Position numbers and translations under genes: made by a program
Shown: piece after piece, positions 28,706 through 38,281 of the stretch
How the letters are laid out: each line of letters begins with the position of its first letter
How positions within the stretch are numbered: the first letter of the stretch is position 1
Assembly: GCA_002421665.1 (NCBI GenBank)
Contig: DISH01000004.1
Coordinates: 23,174-87,173 of the forward strand
Source: Candidatus Omnitrophica bacterium UBA6215
GTDB taxonomy: Bacteria; Omnitrophota; Gorgyraeia; Pluralincolimonadales; Pluralincolimonadaceae
Length of the DNA: 64,000 nucleotides
Direction: 5' to 3'
The notes under the pieces: model-generated
The model's database searches: none
Told to the model about the DNA's origin: nothing
What the model saw: the letters and a program-made list of their open reading frames with translations, nothing else

Positions 28706-29965
28706 ATGAAAAAACTCTGTATTCCGGCGGTATTAGCTGCCCTTGCGCTGGTATCCCCGGTTGGCGCGGAAATCGCCTTTAACGCCTCAGACAGGGTGCT
28801 TGTGCTTGCCCCGCATCCCGATGATGAAGCTATAGGCGCCGCCGGCGCGATTAAACGGGCCGTTGATGCCGGCGCTTCGGTCAATGTCGTTTGCCTGACA
28901 AACGGCGATAACAACGAGATAGCTTTTCTTGTATATAAGAAACACCCCGTTCTGTCTTCCAAGGGCCTTATAAGGATGGGAGAGGCCAGAAGAAGAGAGA
29001 CGATAGCTGCCATGGACTCTATGGGTATCGCCGAGAACAATATCAGTTTCCTGGGCTATCCCGATTTCGGCACTCTTGCTATATTCACCGGATACTGGGG
29101 CGATACAAAGCCGTACGAAGCTATGCTTACCAAACAGAAGAAAGTACCGTATCCCGAGGCAGTCTCTTTCGGGGCCCCTTACGTGGGCGAGAGTATCCTT
29201 AAAGACATAAAACAGGTATTGACCGGTTACAAGCCGACCGTTATATTCGTATCGAACCCGGCCGATTCCAATTCCGACCATAAAGCGCTCTACCTTTTCT
29301 TGCGTGTTGCCTTGTGGGACCTGGAGGGATCAATGGGGCCTGTTAAGGTCTATCCATATATAGTGCATGTTTCCGGCTGGCCGGCGCCGAAGGGTTACCA
29401 CCCGGCGATGGACCTCAAGGCCCCGGCAGAGTTGAGGAGCCTTTCGTGGGAGACCGTCGGTCTTTCCGGTACCGAGATAGACTCAAAGCATACGGCCATA
29501 TCGAAATACAGGAGCCAGATCGAATACGACCCGCCGTACCTTTTCTCTTTCGCAAGGAAGAATGAGCTTTTTGGGGATTATCTCCCGCTTTACCTTGGAA
29601 GCGGTCTTAGTAACGGTTTATACAGGCTGGCCGGGGACAGGTTATTGATAACCATCCAGCAGGCAAGCGGTGATGATAAGGACAGGGACTTTACCGTGTA
29701 TTTAGCGGGATACAGGAAGGGAGAGGATTTTTCCCGGATGCCGAAACTTCATATAAGGATAGACCAGGACGGGCTTCATTGCAGGGACAAATACTGCCGT
29801 TTATATGCTAAGGATATTTCCCTGACGGAATCGGGCAGGAGCTTGACGATTAGCGTCCCGCTCTCGACCTTGGGCTTTCCGGACCGCGTTCTGGCCCATG
29901 TATCGGGCAGGACAGAGAAGATGGCGGCGGATGATACCAACTGGCGCGTTCTGGAACTCGAATGA
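28706..29965 (+). CDS. PIG-L/LmbE-family deacetylase, secreted, with C-terminal extension
   Basis: Signal peptide MKKLCIPAVLAALALVSPVGA. VLVLAPHPDDEAIGAAG zinc-deacetylase motif. Confidence 0.7.
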   Translation: MKKLCIPAVLAALALVSPVGAEIAFNASDRVLVLAPHPDDEAIGAAGAIKRAVDAGASVNVVCLTNGDNNEIAFLVYKKHPVLSSKGLIRMGEARRRETIAAMDSMGIAENNISFLGYPDFGTLAIFTGYWGDTKPYEAMLTKQKKVPYPEAVSFGAPYVGESILKDIKQVLTGYKPTVIFVSNPADSNSDHKALYLFLRVALWDLEGSMGPVKVYPYIVHVSGWPAPKGYHPAMDLKAPAELRSLSWETVGLSGTEIDSKHTAISKYRSQIEYDPPYLFSFARKNELFGDYLPLYLGSGLSNGLYRLAGDRLLITIQQASGDDKDRDFTVYLAGYRKGEDFSRMPKLHIRIDQDGLHCRDKYCRLYAKDISLTESGRSLTISVPLSTLGFPDRVLAHVSGRTEKMAADDTNWRVLELE

Positions 29966-29975
29966 GGGGCTTGTA

Positions 29976-31013
29976 ATGAAGAAGGATACCAGGGAATACG
30001 AGATAGGGAATAAAAACGTGGACAAGCTGATAGACCGGCTTACGTGCGAATCCTGTTCTCGCGAGACCGAATATCTTATCAGGGAGATACTGACGACCGC
30101 GGTTAAATTGGGCATGGAGTCCGGCGATGAAGGGGACCTGAAACTTGTAAATAATGCGCTTAAGGAATTGCGATATTCGTTCAAGATATTCACCCCTTAC
30201 AGGGACGTGAAGAAGGTCATAATATTCGGGTCGGCGAGGACCAGGAAGACCTCGCCGGAGTATAAAACGGCCGAGATCTTTGCCAGGAAGATGACTGACA
30301 AAGGATATATGATAGTTACCGGAGGCGGGCCGGGTATCATGGAGGCGGGCAATAAAGGGGCCAGGGCGGGTAAGGAATTCGCGCTCAATATCAGGCTTCC
30401 TTTTGAACAGAAGCCGAACCCGTTCATCTACGAAAAGAACAAGATAATCAATTTCAAGTATTTCTTTACCAGGAAACTCGTATTCATCAAGGAGACGGAT
30501 GCTACCGTCCTGTTTCCCGGCGGGTTCGGTACCAACGACGAAGGTTTCGAAATGCTGACTCTCGTACAGACGGGCAAGTCCAGGCCCAGACCGATAGTCA
30601 TGATGGAACCCGAGGGTTCCTCGTATTGGACACAGTGGAAGCGTTTTGTACGGGACCAACTGGAAGGCAACGGGTTCATAGATAAAGAAGACCTCAGCCT
30701 GTTCCGTATAGCCAGGACCGCCGATGAAGCCGCCGGGTATATCGAGGGTTTTTATAAAGTCTATCATTCGATACGCTACGTTTCGGGTCTTACGGTCCTC
30801 AGGTTGAACAAGAAACTCTCGAGCTCCGCGCTGGACAGGCTGAACAGGGATTTCAGGGACATCCTCACCAAAGGGGAGATAGGGCTTTCGCCTCCGACCG
30901 ATAAAGAGGTCCGCAGCAACGAGTATCTTGGCCTTCCCAGGCTGATAATGAACTTCAACATGCGCAATTACGGAAGGCTCTATGAGATGATAGAGGTCAT
31001 AAACAGGAGCTGA
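29976..31013 (+). CDS. LOG-family (TIGR00730) Rossmann protein, long form (PpnN-like nucleotide 5'-monophosphate nucleosidase?)
   Basis: IIFGSARTRK...GGGPGIMEAGNKGA...PGGFGTNDE LOG motifs, with N- and C-terminal extensions. Confidence 0.65.
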   Translation: MKKDTREYEIGNKNVDKLIDRLTCESCSRETEYLIREILTTAVKLGMESGDEGDLKLVNNALKELRYSFKIFTPYRDVKKVIIFGSARTRKTSPEYKTAEIFARKMTDKGYMIVTGGGPGIMEAGNKGARAGKEFALNIRLPFEQKPNPFIYEKNKIINFKYFFTRKLVFIKETDATVLFPGGFGTNDEGFEMLTLVQTGKSRPRPIVMMEPEGSSYWTQWKRFVRDQLEGNGFIDKEDLSLFRIARTADEAAGYIEGFYKVYHSIRYVSGLTVLRLNKKLSSSALDRLNRDFRDILTKGEIGLSPPTDKEVRSNEYLGLPRLIMNFNMRNYGRLYEMIEVINRS

Positions 31014-31029
31014 TCCGCAGGGGACCGCC

Positions 31030-32145
31030 ATGGACACCTTAGAAAAGCTTGCGACACTTTCCAGGGATTCGCGCTATGACCTTGCCTGTTCATGCGCTAC
31101 GGCGGAGAACGAGCACCGGCGCCGCTCGCGCGACGATAAATGGATATATCCGGTCATCCTTCCGGACGGGGGGACCACCTACCTGTTCAAGACATTGCTC
31201 TCCAACGAATGCATAAATAATTGCAGATACTGTCCCCTCAGGGTTGGCAGCGACACTTGCCGCTGCTCGATGACACCCGAGGAGACCGCAACGGCTTTTC
31301 TGGATTATTATAATTCAGGAAGGGTAACGGGACTATTCCTGAGCAGTGCGGTCTCGCGCAATCCCGACTCCACCATGGAACTGATAAACCGTACCGCATC
31401 CCTTCTGCGCAGGTCCGGGTTCAGGGGTTATATACATCTTAAGGTGATCCCGGGTGCTTCCGATGCCGCCATAACGCACAGTGTTTCACTTGCCAGCGCG
31501 GTTTCCCTGAACATAGAAACTGCCGGAGAGGAGAACTTCATGAGCCTGAGCGATACCAAGCATTACATGCGCGATATAATCGGCCCTATAAAATTGATAA
31601 GCCGCCTGACGGCAAAGGGCTGCCGTTATGATAGGGTCAAGCAGACAACGCAATTTGTCGTGGGGGCTTCCCGCGAGACAGACCGGCAGCTTATAAGCTA
31701 CTCTTGGAACCTGTACAGGAACCTGGGCTTGAGCCGAATTTATTTCAGCGCTTACCAGCGCGGTTGCGGGTCCCCGGACCTGCCGGGCGAAAATTCCCCC
31801 GTTACTAATGCAGAATTACTTGCAAGGGAGCACAGGTTGTATCAGGTGGACTGGCTGATGCGGAAATATGGTTTCCGCGGCGACGAAATACCCGTGGGCG
31901 TTGACGGGAACCTGTCTCTTGAGACGGACCCTAAAGAGATGTGGGCCAGGGCTCATCCCGAATTTTTCCCGGTGAACATAAATACTGACGGCAAACAGCG
32001 GTTGTTACGCGTCCCGGGTTTCGGGAAGATCATGATAGACAAGATATTAACGGCCAGGGGTTCGGGCTCCAGGATACGTTCTTTGGATCAACTTGGAAAG
32101 GTTGGCAGGGTCATGGGCAAGTCCCGGGGTTATATCACGTTCTGA
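31030..32145 (+). CDS. radical SAM protein with C-terminal helix-hairpin-helix (putative DNA modification/repair radical SAM)
   Basis: CINNCRYC (CxxxCxxC) radical SAM motif. C-terminal GFGKIMIDKIL HhH-like. Confidence 0.55.
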   Translation: MDTLEKLATLSRDSRYDLACSCATAENEHRRRSRDDKWIYPVILPDGGTTYLFKTLLSNECINNCRYCPLRVGSDTCRCSMTPEETATAFLDYYNSGRVTGLFLSSAVSRNPDSTMELINRTASLLRRSGFRGYIHLKVIPGASDAAITHSVSLASAVSLNIETAGEENFMSLSDTKHYMRDIIGPIKLISRLTAKGCRYDRVKQTTQFVVGASRETDRQLISYSWNLYRNLGLSRIYFSAYQRGCGSPDLPGENSPVTNAELLAREHRLYQVDWLMRKYGFRGDEIPVGVDGNLSLETDPKEMWARAHPEFFPVNINTDGKQRLLRVPGFGKIMIDKILTARGSGSRIRSLDQLGKVGRVMGKSRGYITF

Positions 32146-32169
32146 AAAACCTTGCCATAGCGGCAGATA

Positions 32170-32199
32170 GCCACTATAATGAAAACAGTGGCATTTTTT
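32170..32199 (+). terminator. candidate Rho-independent terminator
   Basis: GCCACT-11 nt loop-AGTGGC followed by ATTTTTT, 25 nt after the radical SAM stop. Confidence 0.4.
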
Positions 32200-32302
32200 A
32201 AAGGGTCCGGGAACAGCAACGTTCCCGGAGGGATTTGATGGTCGGGCCGCCATCTCTGTTGTAATATAGGGAAGGCGTTTTTTATTTTAGGGAGGTTTTA
32301 TC

Positions 32303-33358
32303 ATGTCTGAGAAGATCTTAACGAGCCTTAACGGATTATCCGTATATATCCTGCCCGTAGGAGTATGTCTGGTTACGGTCATTCTGGGTTATATTGTCAG
32401 GAGCGTGATATTCAGGAGATTCCTGCACTGGGCGAGCAAAACCAAGACCGATATAGACGACATAATAATAATTTCGACAAGGACACCGTTCTTGGTATGG
32501 TGCCTTATGCTTGGCATATATTTCGGCCTGGAAGTCTCCCATATACCGAAGGAATGGGTAAGGGTATGCGGCAAGGCCCTTTTCGTTTTGGGTTCCCTCT
32601 CGGTCATGATGGTCCTCTCTAATATCTCCGCCAGATTCATAGCGGCGCGGTCCGCCAAGTTCGAATCGGCGCTCCCGGTAACTTCTCTTACCCAGAATGT
32701 AAGCCGTATAGTGATATTCGGCATAGGTCTGCTCCTTATACTCAATACGCTGGGCATAGCGATAACCCCGATACTGGCTACTTTGGGAGTTGGAGGTCTT
32801 GCCGTGGCCCTGGCGCTCCAGGATTCGTTATCCAACCTGTTTGCAGGGTTCCACATAGTTGCTTCCCGGCAGATCAAGATAGGCGACTACGTGAGGCTCG
32901 AAAGCGGGGAAGAAGGCTATGTTTCCGATATAACCTGGAGAAGCACAAAGATAAGGATGCTCGCGAACAACGTGATCCTTGTCCCGAATGCCAAACTGAC
33001 GCAGGTTATCACTACCAATTATTACCTTCCCGAAAAGGAGATGGCCGTGCTCGTGAACCTTGGGGTCCATTACGGCAGCGACCTTAAGAAAGTCGAAAGG
33101 GTTACCTGCGAAGTAGCCAGGGAAGTAATGAAAGAGGTGACCGGAGGCGTAGAAGGGTTCGAGCCGTTCATCCGTTACCATACATTCGGTGATTTCAGCA
33201 TAAATTTCAGTGTAATAATGAGGGCCAGAGAGTTCGTGGACCAGTACCTTATAAAACATGAGTTTGTTAAGAGACTCCACGAGAGGTATAATAAGGAAGG
33301 TATAGTGATACCATATCCGATAAGGGCGATCAATAACGAACAGGAAAGGACCCGGTAG
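32303..33358 (+). CDS. MscS-family mechanosensitive channel
   Basis: TM domain plus the conserved IKIGDYVRL...VILVPNAKL beta-domain. Confidence 0.85.
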   Translation: MSEKILTSLNGLSVYILPVGVCLVTVILGYIVRSVIFRRFLHWASKTKTDIDDIIIISTRTPFLVWCLMLGIYFGLEVSHIPKEWVRVCGKALFVLGSLSVMMVLSNISARFIAARSAKFESALPVTSLTQNVSRIVIFGIGLLLILNTLGIAITPILATLGVGGLAVALALQDSLSNLFAGFHIVASRQIKIGDYVRLESGEEGYVSDITWRSTKIRMLANNVILVPNAKLTQVITTNYYLPEKEMAVLVNLGVHYGSDLKKVERVTCEVAREVMKEVTGGVEGFEPFIRYHTFGDFSINFSVIMRAREFVDQYLIKHEFVKRLHERYNKEGIVIPYPIRAINNEQERTR

Positions 33359-33359
33359 C

Positions 33360-35594
33360 ATGAGACGTATCCTGCTATTCGTTTTGCCTATACTCATAAT
33401 CGCCGCGACCATATTTACCGTCTTCGGCATCTTCCAGGTCAACTTCGAGGAAAGCAAGCTGATGGATGACCTGCAAAGGAAAGCCAGGACCGTTGCAGAA
33501 AGCACCGAGCTCTCGGCCCGGTATATCCTGCTGAACAACGACCTCAGGTCAGCTAACCGTCTTACCGAGAGTTTCCAGAAGAGGGAAAGGCTGCAAGGTT
33601 GTGTCATATACGACAAGGCCGGTAATATCGTCTCAATAACCTCAAGGATATCGGATTGGGGCCACAAGGACAAGCCTTACATAAAGGAGACCCTGGAGAG
33701 CGGGGTCCCCAGGGCCGCTATGGAGAAGTTCAGGGAATATTCCGTTTACAGCTACGTCCTGCCTATACTCGACGATGATAAGAACGTCCTTGGGATCGTA
33801 GAGGTAATATATGACACTTCTTACGTCTTCTCGATCCTGACCGAGTTATGGAAGCACATAAGCACCGCCCTGATAACCCTCGTGGTATCGATAGCCCTTA
33901 TCGCCCTTTTGCTCCAAAGGCAGATATTCATATTGCCTATCCTGCAGTTGACGGAGTGGTTCCACAGTTTCCAGAAGGGCGAGACCGATGCGCAGCATCC
34001 CATAATAAAAGAGAAAGGCGCTTTCGGTAAACTTGCAAGTGAAGTAGAGCAGATAGCCCTGAGCCTGAGGATCGCGCGCAAGACCATCTCCGATAAAGCG
34101 CAGGTACGCCTGCAGAAAGAAGAACTCTGGACCGAGGACAAACTCAAGAACCTCGTTCTTGCCAAGCTTGGAGAGAATGCCCTCTACGTGGTATCGAACA
34201 GGGAGCCGTATATGCATGTCATCGAGGATGCTACCGGCAAGGCTAAATGCATCCGTCCGGCAAGCGGTGTTGTTACGGCGATAGATCCTATAATGCGCGC
34301 CTGCGGCGGGACATGGATAGCCCATGGTAGCGGTAACGCCGACAGGAAGTTCGTCAATTCCAAGAATAAGCTTCCGGTCCCTCCCGAGGACAACCGTTAT
34401 ATCCTGAAAAGGGTATGGCTGTCCAAGGAAGAGGAGCAGGGATACTATTACGGTTTTTCCAACGAGGGGCTTTGGCCGCTTTGTCATATAACGCATACGC
34501 GCCCGGTCTTCAGGGACGAGGATTGGGAGATGTATAAGAAGGTCAACCAGAAGTTTGCGGATGCCGTCCTGGAAGAACTGCCGTCCAAGAACCCGTTCGT
34601 GTTCATACAGGATTACCATTTTACCCTGTTGCCCAAGATGATAAAAGAGAAACAGCCGAATGCCACCATTGCGCTCTTTTGGCATATACCGTGGCCCAAC
34701 CCAGAGATATTCGCCACGTGCCCTTACCAAAAGCAGATACTCGACGGCATGTTGGGGTGCGACCTGATAGGGTTCCATGTCCAGTTCCACTGCAACAACT
34801 TCCTGGATACGGCGAACAGGTTCCTAGAATCGAGAGTGGATACCGAGAGGTTCGCCATAGTCCGCGCAGGGAAAGAGACCCTTGTCCGGGCGTTCCCGAT
34901 AAGCGTTGATAACTTCATGGAAGAGAAGGCGAAACAGGATGTAGCGGATGCGAAGAGCCTGATAGAAGAATTCGAGCTCAAGGACAAGATAGTAGCGGTT
35001 GGCGTAGAGAGGATAGATTACACAAAGGGTCTCGTCGAGAGGATAACCGCCGTAGACCGTTTCCTCGAGAAGTATCCCCAGTATAAACGTAAATTCGTAA
35101 TGGTACAGCTCGCGGCGCCCAGCAGGACCCATATCAAGCGCTACCATGACTTGATGGCAGAGATAGACGAGGCTGTCGAAAAGGTCAACTGGAAGCATTC
35201 GGACGGCAGCTGGAAGCCTATAATATACCTGAAGAAGCATTTTTCGCCCGAAGAGATAAAGCCTTATTTCGCAATGGCGGATATATGCATGGTCAGCTCG
35301 CTTCACGACGGGATGAACCTTGTAGCAAAGGAATATGTCATATCGAACAAGGAAATGAACGGTGTATTGATATTGAGCCGTTTCACGGGCGCAGCAAAGG
35401 AGTTGGCCGACGCGGTCCAGGTAAACCCGTATTCCATCGAAGAGTTCTCGGACGCGATAAAGACGGCTATAGAGATGCCGGCCGAAGAGAAGAGGAAACG
35501 CATGGAGAACATGCGCAATATAGTAAAAGAGAACAATATATATAAGTGGGCCGGCAGCATAATGACCGAGCTAACCTCTTTGAAGAAGGAATGA
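33360..35594 (+). CDS. otsA: membrane sensor (TM-Cache-like-TM-HAMP-like) fused to alpha,alpha-trehalose-phosphate synthase (GT20, OtsA)
   Basis: C-terminal about 470 aa is GT20 with hallmark ALFWHIPWPNPEIF. N-terminal about 270 aa has two TM helices flanking an extracytoplasmic domain and an amphipathic HAMP-like linker. Confidence 0.8.
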   Translation: MRRILLFVLPILIIAATIFTVFGIFQVNFEESKLMDDLQRKARTVAESTELSARYILLNNDLRSANRLTESFQKRERLQGCVIYDKAGNIVSITSRISDWGHKDKPYIKETLESGVPRAAMEKFREYSVYSYVLPILDDDKNVLGIVEVIYDTSYVFSILTELWKHISTALITLVVSIALIALLLQRQIFILPILQLTEWFHSFQKGETDAQHPIIKEKGAFGKLASEVEQIALSLRIARKTISDKAQVRLQKEELWTEDKLKNLVLAKLGENALYVVSNREPYMHVIEDATGKAKCIRPASGVVTAIDPIMRACGGTWIAHGSGNADRKFVNSKNKLPVPPEDNRYILKRVWLSKEEEQGYYYGFSNEGLWPLCHITHTRPVFRDEDWEMYKKVNQKFADAVLEELPSKNPFVFIQDYHFTLLPKMIKEKQPNATIALFWHIPWPNPEIFATCPYQKQILDGMLGCDLIGFHVQFHCNNFLDTANRFLESRVDTERFAIVRAGKETLVRAFPISVDNFMEEKAKQDVADAKSLIEEFELKDKIVAVGVERIDYTKGLVERITAVDRFLEKYPQYKRKFVMVQLAAPSRTHIKRYHDLMAEIDEAVEKVNWKHSDGSWKPIIYLKKHFSPEEIKPYFAMADICMVSSLHDGMNLVAKEYVISNKEMNGVLILSRFTGAAKELADAVQVNPYSIEEFSDAIKTAIEMPAEEKRKRMENMRNIVKENNIYKWAGSIMTELTSLKKE

Positions 35595-36394
35595 TGGTAT
35601 ATCTTTTCTCGCGCGAAGAAGAGATAAGGAAACGGATAGCAAAAAATTTCGTCTATCTATTCCTGGATTACGACGGCACGCTTACGCCTATAGCAGATAC
35701 GCCCGACAAGGCCCTGTTACCCGATGGTACGCGCAGCCTGTTGCGCGAGCTATCTAAGGTGCGCGGATGCAGACTGGCGGTAATAAGCGGAAGGTCTCTT
35801 AAAGATATAAAGAGGATGATCGGGCTGGAAGGCATAGTGTATTCAGGTAACCATGGGCTCGAGATAGACGGGCCGAAGCTCAAGTTCGAAAGCGTGGTTC
35901 CGCCCGGTTTCAAGAAGCTGATCAAGGATATAAAGTCCGCGCTGCGCATCAGGCTTGCGGGGGTAGACGGGCTGATATTTGAAGACAAGGGCCATACCTT
36001 AAGCGTCCATTACCGTATGGCGGACAGCCGTCAAATGCCTTTGGTGAAATCGGTTTTCCGTGAGATTACGGCTTGTCATTTGGCCGGCGGCAAGATAAAG
36101 ATAAAGACCGGGAAGATGATGCTGGAAGTCCGGCCTCCAATAGAATGGGACAAGGGCCGGTCAGTAATGTGGCTGCTCGCGAGGCAGAAGTTCATATCGC
36201 CGGAGGAACCGGTGATGCCGGTATACATAGGCGATGATGTGACCGATGAGGACGCGTTCTCTGCCCTGGGGAACAGGGGGTTGACGGTTTTTGTCGGCAA
36301 ACCCGGTAAGTCCGGAGCGAAATATTACCTGAAAGACCATAATGATGTAACGAAATTCCTGGGGTTGGTCAGGGACATCAAGAAGGCGGGATAA
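35592..36394 (+). CDS. otsB: trehalose-6-phosphate phosphatase (HAD, OtsB)
   Basis: FLDYDGTLTPIA motif I and GDDVTDE motif; start overlaps the otsA stop. Confidence 0.85.
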
Positions 36395-36395
36395 T

Positions 36396-37067
36396 ATGCA
36401 GGAACTGCAGAAAGCTAAAGAGCCGTTCGTATTTTATACCAGGATGCACTTATCCGAGCTTACGGGCCTGAGGGCTTCGACGCTCAACCAATTGTTACAG
36501 CTGGTCAAGGAGGTCAACGGTTCATGCATTTACCATCATACCCACAGGTTCCTCCAACAGCACCAGCACCTTTCTCCGGAACCTCCCAACGATTTTGCCT
36601 ACTGGGTGACCGAGGTCCTGGGTGAGGATGAACTTGGCGAGAAGCTGGCCAGCATAGACGTGATACAGTTCAACACGATCCGCAGCCTTAGGGAAAAGAT
36701 AGCCGAGACCATAGAATCATACCTTGCCGAGAACCCGATGGCCAAGGTCAGGTTTTCGAAAGAGAACGAGGAATTCCATTTCATGAAATCGATAAGTTTC
36801 GTCATGCCTACGAAATATGTCGCCCATGACCTTAACGATTTCGTGGAGATACTCGGGAAGATAACCATAGATTCCATATATTACCATATCTTCGAATCAC
36901 GCCTAAGGCTCGAAAAGAACGCGAACGATTTCAGCAACTGGTTCCTGACCTCTCTGGGCGATGACCGGCTTGCCGCGGAGATATCGAAACTTGATCCTTA
37001 CACGTTTACGCTTGAAGGGCTGAGGAACAGGGTCATACGCATAGTCAAAATAAGGATAGATTCCTGA
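36396..37067 (+). CDS. hypothetical protein with internal tandem repeat, embedded in the trehalose operon
   Basis: Two about 45-aa repeats (NDFAYWVTEVLGEDELGEKLASIDVIQF... and NDFSNWFLTSLGDDRLAAEISKLDPYTF...). 2-nt gaps to both neighbours. Confidence 0.5.
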   Translation: MQELQKAKEPFVFYTRMHLSELTGLRASTLNQLLQLVKEVNGSCIYHHTHRFLQQHQHLSPEPPNDFAYWVTEVLGEDELGEKLASIDVIQFNTIRSLREKIAETIESYLAENPMAKVRFSKENEEFHFMKSISFVMPTKYVAHDLNDFVEILGKITIDSIYYHIFESRLRLEKNANDFSNWFLTSLGDDRLAAEISKLDPYTFTLEGLRNRVIRIVKIRIDS

Positions 37068-37069
37068 AG

Positions 37070-38281
37070 ATGGCAAAAATAGAGGAATATATACCTATAG
37101 TCGGCCAGCCTATAATAGACGACCTGAGGCTGTTGGCCGAGAAGCTCAGCGGCAAGGTGGTCCAGAACATCAACTCCACTTCGGTCGGCGGCGGCGTAGC
37201 CGAGATACTTAACAGGATGGTCCCCCTGCTTAAGGAGCTGGGTGTCGACGCGCGCTGGGACCTTATAAAAGGGGGAGAGCAGTTTTTCGAGGTTACCAAG
37301 AAATTCCATAACGCGTTACACGGGGTGAATATCGAGGTCTCGAAAGAGGATTTCGACGTTTTTCTCGAGACAAGCCGGACGAACATGAATGAGATGAACC
37401 TTTACGGGGATATAGTTTTTGTCCATGACCCCCAGCCCGTGGCGCTTGTCGACAAGAAACAGGACAAGAAATGGGTCTGGCGCTGTCATGTGGACGTATC
37501 CGAACCCAGCGAGGAGGTCTGGCAGTTCCTCAGGGGCTTTATTGACAAGTACGATTCCGCGGTATTTTCGGCGCCGGCGTTTTCCCAGAAGTTGCCCATA
37601 AGGCAGTTCCTGATATCTCCTTCGATCGACCCGTTGAGCGACAAGAACAAGGAACTGCCGCAGGAGACGATCGACGCGGTTCTCAGGAAATACGGCATCC
37701 CGTCCGATAAGCCTATAGTAACCCAGATATCGCGTTTCGACAGGCTAAAGGACCCGTTGGGCGTCATTAAGGTGTATAAACAGGTAAAGAGATATTCCGA
37801 TTTCAGGCTCATCCTTGCCGGAGGCGGCGCCACTGACGATCCCGAGAGCGCCGAGGTCCTTTTAGAGGTCAGGGAGGCTGCGAAAGACGACCCCGACATA
37901 CACGTCCTGCTGCTGGCGCAAAACGACATAGAGATAAATGCCTTACAAAGGGCCTCTACCGTAATAATGCAGAAGTCCATAAGAGAAGGTTTCGGTCTGA
38001 CCGTTTCCGAAGCTTTGTGGAAGTCCAAACCTATGGTTGCCTCGAATGTCGGCGGCATACCCCTGCAGATCGCCCACAAATATTCCGGCCTGTTATGCAA
38101 TTCGATAGAAGGGGCAAGTTTCGCCCTCAAACAGCTGCTCAACAGCCCGGATTACGCTCGCAGGCTCGGCGAGAACGGCAGGGAGCACGTAAAGAACAAT
38201 TTCCTCATAACCCGCCATCTCAAGGAGTACATGCTCCTGTTCCTTTCGCTTTACCACGCCGAAGATGTAGTCTACTTATGA
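37070..38281 (+). CDS. treT: trehalose glycosyltransferring synthase (TreT, GT4)
   Basis: N-terminus NSTSVGGGVAEILNRMVPLLKELGVDARWDLIKG...FFEVTKKFHNALHG closely matches archaeal/bacterial TreT. Confidence 0.75.
   Translation: MAKIEEYIPIVGQPIIDDLRLLAEKLSGKVVQNINSTSVGGGVAEILNRMVPLLKELGVDARWDLIKGGEQFFEVTKKFHNALHGVNIEVSKEDFDVFLETSRTNMNEMNLYGDIVFVHDPQPVALVDKKQDKKWVWRCHVDVSEPSEEVWQFLRGFIDKYDSAVFSAPAFSQKLPIRQFLISPSIDPLSDKNKELPQETIDAVLRKYGIPSDKPIVTQISRFDRLKDPLGVIKVYKQVKRYSDFRLILAGGGATDDPESAEVLLEVREAAKDDPDIHVLLLAQNDIEINALQRASTVIMQKSIREGFGLTVSEALWKSKPMVASNVGGIPLQIAHKYSGLLCNSIEGASFALKQLLNSPDYARRLGENGREHVKNNFLITRHLKEYMLLFLSLYHAEDVVYL

Noticed and set aside
29850-31037. 395-aa minus-strand ORF opposite the LOG-family gene
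   Set aside because: The + strand LOG motifs (GGGPGIMEA, PGGFGT) are unambiguous. The antisense ORF is a shadow.
32828-34790. Minus-strand ORFs of 281 and 314 aa opposite mscS and otsA
   Set aside because: Both + strand genes carry hallmark motifs (MscS beta-domain; GT20 HIPWP).
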